A stretch of DNA of 47,543 nt from Craspedostauros australis. Lineage: Eukaryota. A program made the translations under genes and the position numbers. Location: positions 1-47,543 of the forward strand of contig JALAGF010004293.1 in the NCBI GenBank assembly GCA_030167865.1, in the 5' to 3' direction. Of the stretch, positions 40,184 through 47,543 are shown in pieces. The notes beneath the pieces were generated by a model. The model searched no databases and was not told the origin of the DNA. It worked only from the letters and a program-made list of their open reading frames with translations. The number at the start of each line of letters is the position of its first letter. Position 1 is the first letter of the stretch.

Positions 40184-42139
40184 TCATTGCGGTGAACAAC
40201 CCAGACAGCAGGAACATTCCACCTTTGGAGAAGCGCCGGAACAATCGGCCTCGATCGTGTTGATGCCGTTGTGGTTCACGCAGAATATGTCCGTGAGGTT
40301 GCCTGTCAGGTTGTTCCTGTCTAAGTTGCCATTGCGTAAATCAAGTGCATACAGTCACAGCATGTGGATGGTATGTATTGCGGAGGCAGAGCACGAGGAT
40401 AGAAGACATGTGGGATTCAAGGAGGAGCATTACAAGATGGTCAGAATGAATTGCGTCAATGCGAAACGAGAGCCAATGGAAGGCCAAACTCCGAATAAAG
40501 GCGCGTTTGTGTGTCTCCGCAAGCACTCACCGAGCGTGACAGACTGTAACTTCTCCAAATTGTCCAGCTCGGACGGTATCACGCCAGACAACTGATTGTA
40601 GTCTGTGGATGTGCGGCCGTGCGTACGAACATGATTGAATTCCCGGTCGTATGATGCAAGAGAGGGGCGCATGCGACAAATACAAATTTGTGAGAGGATG
40701 AAATGGAATACCACGGCGCAGCATGGCCAACGAAACATGACGCAAAGCCTCCAGGTTTCTGTCGCAACGAAGAACGAAGGAAGAACGTGAAGAAAACGAA
40801 GGAGGGGAGATCATGGAAGCTGCCATTGTCTCGCTCGCATCAAACGTACCTAAATGCAAGATTCTGAGCACCGAGAGATTGCCAATCTCGCTGGGGATGG
40901 GACCGGCGATGTTGTTTTGGTCTATCGTTGCATGAATGAGACAGAGAATGACGATGATGAAAAAGAAGCATGCGAGTATGTGTGGTATGGAGAGTTTGTG
41001 AGTTCCAATCGCCTGCAATGCAACGCTGTGAACGAATGGAATTCGACGCATTCAAATACTCAAGTGCGGTGTCCACTCCCATCCATTTTGCAACACAAAA
41101 CACGACACAAACAGACTTTGTCGGTTGGTAACAGTATCGCCCACTCACCCAGATATATCTTTTGCACCGACCCGAGAGCACCAATCTCCGTGGGCATTCG
41201 ATCGCCCGTGATCTCATGCCCCGCGAGGTCGATGACGGAGACCATGCCATCGTGGTCGCAATCGATCATGCCGAACTGGGCATTGCCCGACGTCCAGTCG
41301 CAGACGGAGGTGTTCGTGAGGAACTTGACCTGCGGGCGTTTTCCGTTCGTATCCCACTGCGGGCCATTGAGACCGAAGTAAAAGACGATGAGGATGTACC
41401 TTTCGATGAGGAACTCGCGATCGCGACCGGATACGTCCTGCAGGGCCTGGTGCAGCGTGAGACCGGGATCGGCGCCGAGGCCCAGCAAGTCACTAAGATA
41501 CGCATCGTCCATCGTCGACATGTACTCCAGCGCCTTGTACTGTGGCGTCGATGATTGCAGGGGCACGTCTCGCAACCCCGAGGTGTTCAAGAGAGGTTCG
41601 TACTGCAGCACGTTGTCGATCCAGCTGTTCATGAGTATCCGGACAGGATCCGCGGTCGGCGATGATGATGGTGCATCGTCGCTGGAGCTGTCAAGACTTC
41701 CGTTCTGATTCGGGGAGGAGGACCGGCCATCGTCGCTATCGCTATCGCCCCCGCCCACGGCCCGAGACAGCAGAATCGAGAGCACGATGATGAGGACCAC
41801 AGCCAGACAGATCCAGTTGAAGATCTGGGATCGTCGATGCCTTTGCATCTTGCGCGTTCGGTCCAGGTAGAAGTCGTAGAGATCGTCATTGTCATCCTCA
41901 TCTTCCATGCTTTCGCTGTCAACTTCCAGGGGTGACGGTGGCATGGGCGTCTTGATCAGCCCGTCGCTGCCAATGCGCGTGCCGCTGGCGTTGCCGCTGT
42001 TCATGGATGCATCGTTCGTGCCGTCCTCGTGCAGAGCCAAGTCGTGAGGGATGTGGTTCGTCAGACCATCAGGATGATCAATGCCATTGCCATTGCCAAT
42101 GTCGCTGGCAGGATTGTGGTATTGGGGAGGTGAGGCCAT
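40184..42139 (-). CDS. LRR receptor-like single-pass membrane protein (LRR-B); exons 42139-41149, 40921-40850, 40602-40531, 40320-40184 (~423 aa)
   Basis: ATG at 42139 (MASPPQY). TM IFNWICLAVVLIIVLSILL after a basic cluster, then cap TPQYKALEYM...LIERYILIVFYFGLNGPQW...FLTNTSVCDW. Two exact 72-nt phase-1 exons each encode one LRR (DQNNIAGPIPSEIGNLSVLRILHL; DYNQLSGVIPSELDNLEKLQSVTL). The terminal exon reads DRNNLTGNLTDIFC...EADC...VECSCCLGCSPQ*. Confidence 0.9.
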
Positions 42140-42735
42140 GATTGTTCTTTGTTCTGTGCTCTTGGTTGATAGATGGGAGATGATGTCCACTTGCTTGGTT
42201 TCTGCTCTCGCGTCAATCGCAAATGTTGCCGCCGCTCTGTTGCTGTTGTTGCTGCTGTGAATACGATTGTCGCGGAGGTCGATGCTGCCTTCTCGCTTGG
42301 ATCGTGCGAAATGAAGGAGATCGAAGTCGAGGATTGTTCGTGTTGGCAACTGGCGTGGCGCACAGATGGTACTACTACAGAAGTGGTTGTGGGGGCAATG
42401 CCAAGGATACAGACAGCGATGCGAATACACAATGCGAAACACGAATGACAACATCACGTCGTGAATCTCCGCTTTCTGCGTGGAGGCGTCACGCTGTTGT
42501 GACCGTTACGAACAGTGACAAGATCCAACACAGAACAACACCAAAAACTTTGGCGAAAGGGACTGCAAAATGCGCGAATTGATTCGATGGACTACTTCCG
42601 CTTCCCTCCGATTCTTGTGGCATCGATCTGCTTCCACAAGAGATCAGATGCTCGCATTCTACTCTGCTGTTATGGTGTACCTTCGTGGCGCAACACTTCA
42701 CATATCATTCACAGCATCACCCCCGTAATGCACAG

Positions 42736-43992
42736 CTACTCCAGTTGCCTCAACTTGTGGACCAGCATCTGGATGCACAGCAAGCGCGCTTCTAATCCGT
42801 AATGCGCGTCGATATCCCCTTGGATGCGCTGCGGTGGGAAGCTCCTTGGCAACATGGCCTTGCCCCAATCCACGACATCCACATTGCGACGACCCTCTTC
42901 CTGCTGCAGTTTCTTCGCCAGCCCCCGCGAACGCTCGTTGAGATCGTCCAGCAACTGCGTGTCCGAGTTCGTTGCGTCGTATCCCGACGTGCGCCACATC
43001 ACAGCAGTGGCCCAATCCCGCATGCGATCGAAGGAATCTTGCAGACGTTGCGTCACATTGCGTTGCATCTTGCAGGCCCTGGGGTTGACCACCTCCCAAA
43101 TGCCGATGCCGAACACAATCAGCGTGTAATTCTTCGAGATGGCCCGGTCGTTGGCAGCGTCGACATCGGCGAAATGCAGCAGATCCTTGTAACAGTTCGA
43201 TTGTCCAAAATCGAACCGCATCATGGGCATGTCCTTGCGTAACGCGTGGTGAGGCGACGCCGCGATGTCGCGGCAATGAAATGCGCGCTTGTCGGCAGGA
43301 TGGTCCCACACTTGCTGCAAGATGGATGTTGAAATCTCGCTGGTGGCATTGCTGGTGGCATTGCTGGTGACATTCATCTGATTCTTCTTGGGAAAGACGA
43401 AATCGCGCTGCTTGCACCATTGCGGCAAACCGCGATGTTTGTTGATGTCGATGACGTAAGGAGTGTCCAATTCGCGCACGGTCACGTCGGCACTGCTGTT
43501 CTGCTTCTTGAGGAGCTGTGACAAGGTGCCGTACATGCGCCGCGCCGTGGAATCGCCAACGATCAAGGTGTGGTGCTTGGAGAACGTCTCCTGGATCTGC
43601 TGCAGGTTGTAGGTCGGGATGCCCGGTGGTGGGATCCAGTGGTTGCCCAGCCATTGGTAGTCGTTTTCACCGGCGTCCGCATCGTTGGCGTCCACATCGT
43701 TGGTAGTTCTCGTTGAGTCAGTCGAGTTGGCGCAGTCGCAGGAACGCGATGATTGCAGACAAGTGGCAGCGGCCGGTATCGTGCCGATGATGGATCTGTT
43801 CGCAGTCAGCGTGCACAGACTCAACACCGACAGCAACAGCAGCAGAGCAAATCCTGTCTTGGTGGCCCATCGGCGGTGCGATGATTTCCTGGTTGCATTC
43901 GTAGCTGCTGTGGCAGTTGATGTGGTTGATGTGGTTGATGCGATAGATGTGATGGATGTGATGGGGGCTTGTCGTGACTTCAAATCCACCAT
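42736..43992 (-). CDS. SGNH/GDSL-fold PC-esterase-like type II membrane protein, SGNH-B (418 aa), paralogue of 11419-12588
   Basis: Signal anchor GFALLLLLSVLSLCTL; YQWLGNHWIPPPGIPTYNLQQIQETFSKHHTLIVGDSTARRMYGTL; GIGIWE; WRTSGYD; GDIDAHYGLEARLLCIQMLVH. These blocks are near-identical to SGNH-A. Confidence 0.88.
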   Translation of the reverse strand: MVDLKSRQAPITSITSIASTTSTTSTATAATNATRKSSHRRWATKTGFALLLLLSVLSLCTLTANRSIIGTIPAAATCLQSSRSCDCANSTDSTRTTNDVDANDADAGENDYQWLGNHWIPPPGIPTYNLQQIQETFSKHHTLIVGDSTARRMYGTLSQLLKKQNSSADVTVRELDTPYVIDINKHRGLPQWCKQRDFVFPKKNQMNVTSNATSNATSEISTSILQQVWDHPADKRAFHCRDIAASPHHALRKDMPMMRFDFGQSNCYKDLLHFADVDAANDRAISKNYTLIVFGIGIWEVVNPRACKMQRNVTQRLQDSFDRMRDWATAVMWRTSGYDATNSDTQLLDDLNERSRGLAKKLQQEEGRRNVDVVDWGKAMLPRSFPPQRIQGDIDAHYGLEARLLCIQMLVHKLRQLE

Positions 43993-45074
43993 GGTTGGCG
44001 CTCTTCACTCTGAGCCCTCGCCCGATGTAATAGTGTCGGATCAGAGCATGGCTATCACGGGATAAGATTCATGGTACCTTTGGCAACATGTGGAATGGAT
44101 GTATGTTTTTGCTTGTTTGTGTTCCTTTCCCACAATCGGAATCTTGTTTGGATCGTCACGAGAGTCTATGGAATCTAATCTAGATAAATGAGAAGAAGCA
44201 CGGAACCGTTCATGGACAGACGAACAGGGAAACAACATAAGAAAATACAGAACATATATTGAAATACCGCAGCTCCCGGGGTGGTCCGGTTCCCAACAGC
44301 CATGAAAGAAATCCCGATGGGATAAGTGAACGGCGAAGTTCACTATGGCGCATGTGCGAAGCGCAACACAACAGCCCCTTCCGCTCTTCCGTGGGTTATT
44401 CATTCGTTGACTGGTACCAGCCACAACACATTCTTGCTTTGGTCCGACACTTGCGTTGATCGTGTCAAGCTTTGGTCTCGGGTTTGGCACAGACACCCGA
44501 AAGAAATAGTAGGCGGAAACGGAGATGATCACGCATAATTAAGCTGTACGGGAACAAAAGAGTGTCATGAAATGGCGTCGCGAAGGCCAAAAGCCATCCT
44601 TGTTCTTCTTTCTGGTTGCCGAAGGAACGCAACACCAAAGCCTCCGCCAGTCATTGCGACACCACTTCGCTGCAGAAACGGAATTATTAGTTGTCACGGC
44701 TGACCGCGCACAACCGCGTGTGATGGAAGCCAGCACGCGCGAAATCTTCCTCGTTTTTATCAATCAGCCGAACGTGATGGCCGAGCTGGCTCCGCGCGAC
44801 CTGTCGCTCTCGTGTGGGCATCACCACCGATTTGGCAAGTACTGGTGAAACGGACCACTCGCACAACTGAACCAAACGCAGAGAAACGACCTGCGCCATC
44901 ATGAGCAATGCCAACAACCAACAACCAACAAACAACAACGCCAAAAAGCTCATTAACCCTGATTCCGAATTGGACACAACCAATCCTTGCGCTCGAGCAT
45001 AGAATAATACATTGAATACAATCGCAGAGAACGACGTAAAATAACAGAAATAATACTCGCAAAGCACGACCGTG

Positions 45075-47543
45075 ATGGACGACCGAAAGCTCCCACCAAA
45101 GAGGGATGGCGATGCCAAAAGGGATGCCAAGAGGGATGCCAAGAAGGATGCCAAGAGGAGTCCCAAGAGGAGTCCCAAGAAGGATGCCAAGAAGGAAGAC
45201 AATGACGATGGCCAGAAGAAGCAACCGCCAGCGAACGCCGTTCCAGGAGCGTACCTGAACACCTCCGAAAAGTCCTTGAAGGAGACCGACAACGACGACG
45301 ACCAGGGCAGCAGGCCCAAGCTACCATCGCGCCGTCGGGAGGTCCGCATCGGTCGAGACAGAGACAGGAAACGCAGCAGCGGAGCATCAACCAAGACCAA
45401 CTCTACCGCGGACGCTGATGCCAAAGCAAAGGCCCGAGCCGGAGCTCTGCGCGCTGCTGGCCTGGCCCGCCCCAGCGAAATGTCAGAAGGTGGAAGCGGC
45501 TCCTTCTCCGCCATTGGATCGGAGCAACGCAATTCAGTGCAGTCGCGAGCGCCAGCGTCAGCATCAGTCGTTCCGCCTCCGCCGCCGCTGCGACCAGGAG
45601 CAGTGTCAGTTCCAGGCGTTGATGCATCGAGAGAAGATATTGAAGCTTCCAATGCGTCCAATGCAGCGTACACGATGTCGCAGAAGGTCGGGGCTGTCCC
45701 TGCATCCGCCAAGACCTTCGACAGGTCGGACGCCGGTAGCGAACATGACGGCAAGAAACCCAGCTTCCCTCGGGGCACGCGGCCGCCGCAACGGGATTCC
45801 AAGCCCAGCAGGATCACCAAGCCCAGCCACAGTTCAACTGAGACGAAGCAGGATGAAGACGAGCTGCTGCAGGTAGGGGATGACATGCCACAGACGGTGC
45901 CGAGCCAACCAGGCGCCACTTCAAATGCCGACAACTTGCGCCCGTCCACAGCATCTACCTTCTCCACGGATCTGTCCCACGCTCCACCGGTCGCGGAGGT
46001 GCATCAGAATGCGCCTTCCGACGTCTCCGTCTTTACCATGGACCAAACCGAAGACCTGTCCACAATCGCCACACCCATCACAGCCCAGCTGGCTCCAACC
46101 GAAGAGGACGTGGCGGATCGTGTCAAGGAGCGTCTCGAGAAGGAGTTCGCGGAGCGCATGGAAGCACAGGTACAGGAGCGCATGCGCTTGGAGAAAGCGC
46201 GCAATGGCGGCAGCACGGTCGCGAGTGGCGCAGTTGTCACCGCCGAAGCGGTGGAGGTCACGAAGGACGACGAAAACGGCAAGTCCGGCAGTCAAAGCAG
46301 GCGCAGGACGTGCATTGGCATCATCGTCGCTTTGGTGCTGGCAGGGATCGGCGCTGGAGTCGGCGTGGCACTATCAGGCGGCAACTCCAACAGCCCCTCC
46401 AACGCCGACAACAGATCTCTCGTAACGTCGGCACCAACCGCAGCTCCCATCGCATCACCGAGCCCGACCTTCACACCGCAGACAGCAGAATTCGACACGC
46501 TCGTCGATCGTCTGGCACAGATCCTGGAAGGTGAACCGGCAAACACTGGACGCGATGTACTGGAGGATCGATCCACTACACAGTACAGAGCATTGGACTG
46601 GCTCGCAAATCAAGACGTCACAAAGATCGACCTGGCCTTCGCGCCCACATCCGAGCTCCTCGAACGCTACGCACTCGCCGTTCTGTACTACACGACCGGA
46701 GGCGAGGACAAGTGGGGGAACAAATTCAATTTTCTTACCAACAGCAGCGTCTGCGAATGGGGTGATATCATTGATGACTTCGGCGGCATTGTTTCGTGTG
46801 ACGAAGCCGGCAGGGTGACTGAAGCAAGGTTTGAGTCCAACTTCATGACTGGCACCATTCCGAAAGAGCTCTTCCTCCTTGAACAGCTCACCAGCTTGTA
46901 CATCATCAACAACGTCATTACTGGAACGCTGCCAACCGAAGTTGGTCTATTATCAAACTTGATGGAACTCGCGATAGTCTTCCTCCCAATGTCCGGCCCG
47001 ATGCCCACGGAGATCGGCCGTCTGGCCAACTTGATGAACGCTCAATTAGATCAGATTGGCTTCACCGGTACGCTTCCGTCCGAGATTGGCAACCTGCAAT
47101 TACTTCAGCGGCTGGACATCTCCGAAAACTCCCTGACAGGCGCGTTGCCGACCGACGTCGGTAAGATGCAAGCCCTGATCAACCTGCAGATCTTTCAGAA
47201 CAAATTCAACGGGACAGTCCCAGTCGAGTGGGGCCAGCTTACCAACCTGCAGAGTCTCGGTGTGGAGCGAAACAAATTGCAGGGCAACTTGGATCCAATC
47301 TTTTGCTCAGGCTTGCATCTCGACCTTTATGACTTCTACTCAGATTGCGTTGCCACTGACGATGGTGGGATTCCAGCAGAAACGACATGTTCCTGCTGCT
47401 CGAACTGCTGCGACGCCATGGACAACTGCTGCAGCACTGAGACAGGGTGTCCCATCTTGGATGTCGAGAAGATGAACAACATACTCACCATCTTGGAACC
47501 ACATCTGCAGGGCGATCCAATCTTTACGGACCTGTTGGTGTTC
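45075..47543 (+). CDS. LRR receptor-like single-pass membrane protein (LRR-C), 3'-truncated by window end (>823 aa); absent from the supplied ORF track
   Basis: Read by hand from ATG 45075 (MDDRKLPPK) with no stop before the window end. VPGAY, RPGAV and QPGAT motifs, a coiled segment and TM CIGIIVALVLAGIGAGVGVAL. Then an S/T/P stalk, cap TQYRALDWL...LLERYALAVLYYTTGG..W...FLTNSSVCEW, LRRs (TGTIPKEL, TGTLPTEVG, SGPMPTEIG, TGTLPSEIG, TGALPTDVG, NGTVPVEWG) and GNLDPIFC...SDC...CSCCSNCC. Confidence 0.9.
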   Translation, partial: MDDRKLPPKRDGDAKRDAKRDAKKDAKRSPKRSPKKDAKKEDNDDGQKKQPPANAVPGAYLNTSEKSLKETDNDDDQGSRPKLPSRRREVRIGRDRDRKRSSGASTKTNSTADADAKAKARAGALRAAGLARPSEMSEGGSGSFSAIGSEQRNSVQSRAPASASVVPPPPPLRPGAVSVPGVDASREDIEASNASNAAYTMSQKVGAVPASAKTFDRSDAGSEHDGKKPSFPRGTRPPQRDSKPSRITKPSHSSTETKQDEDELLQVGDDMPQTVPSQPGATSNADNLRPSTASTFSTDLSHAPPVAEVHQNAPSDVSVFTMDQTEDLSTIATPITAQLAPTEEDVADRVKERLEKEFAERMEAQVQERMRLEKARNGGSTVASGAVVTAEAVEVTKDDENGKSGSQSRRRTCIGIIVALVLAGIGAGVGVALSGGNSNSPSNADNRSLVTSAPTAAPIASPSPTFTPQTAEFDTLVDRLAQILEGEPANTGRDVLEDRSTTQYRALDWLANQDVTKIDLAFAPTSELLERYALAVLYYTTGGEDKWGNKFNFLTNSSVCEWGDIIDDFGGIVSCDEAGRVTEARFESNFMTGTIPKELFLLEQLTSLYIINNVITGTLPTEVGLLSNLMELAIVFLPMSGPMPTEIGRLANLMNAQLDQIGFTGTLPSEIGNLQLLQRLDISENSLTGALPTDVGKMQALINLQIFQNKFNGTVPVEWGQLTNLQSLGVERNKLQGNLDPIFCSGLHLDLYDFYSDCVATDDGGIPAETTCSCCSNCCDAMDNCCSTETGCPILDVEKMNNILTILEPHLQGDPIFTDLLVF
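45108..45194 (+). repeat. Coding 12-bp minisatellite (D-A-K-R / S-P-K-R units) in LRR-C N-terminus
   Basis: gatgccaaaagg/gatgccaagagg/gatgccaagaag/agtcccaagagg units, about 7 copies. Confidence 0.85.

Noticed and set aside
42140..42457. N-terminal extension of ORF 41060..42457 (similarly 11218-11418, 19133-19237, 4053-4313)
   Set aside because: UTR-like composition and mostly non-ATG starts from a prokaryote-style ORF caller; better ATGs lie downstream.
44687..45967. 426-aa minus-strand ORF
   Set aside because: Antisense shadow of LRR-C (45075 onward, + strand), which has clear motifs; this ORF has none.

Overview
Eukaryotic nuclear DNA of roughly 50-55% GC with GT-AG introns and abundant microsatellites. 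The gene families point to a diatom, probably a raphid pennate; this is an inference and the species cannot be fixed from the sequence. I can support 11 protein-coding genes. Three are single-pass LRR receptor-like proteins with an N-terminal disordered tail, one TM helix, a diatom-type LRR cap and no kinase; the last runs off the window and is missing from the ORF track. The others are a 1759-aa kinase-less STAND/AAA_16-TPR ATPase, two paralogous SGNH/PC-esterase-like type II membrane proteins, two divergently transcribed paralogous DUF6824 Q-rich proteins, a 4-exon protein with two helicase-associated (HA) domains, a mitochondrion-targeted basic protein and a small coiled-coil protein. Notable structure includes a roughly mirror-image arrangement of paralogue pairs and an orphan duplicate of an unrecognised 8-Cys C-terminal module. 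One LRR gene uses exact 72-nt one-repeat exons while its paralogues have intronless LRRs, and two LRR genes share a cytosolic PGA + coiled-coil motif. The STAND protein has a degenerate Walker B, the long intergenic gaps hold possible gene relics, and there is a small AT-rich triple inverted repeat. I recognised no rRNA, tRNA, CRISPR array or intact transposon.
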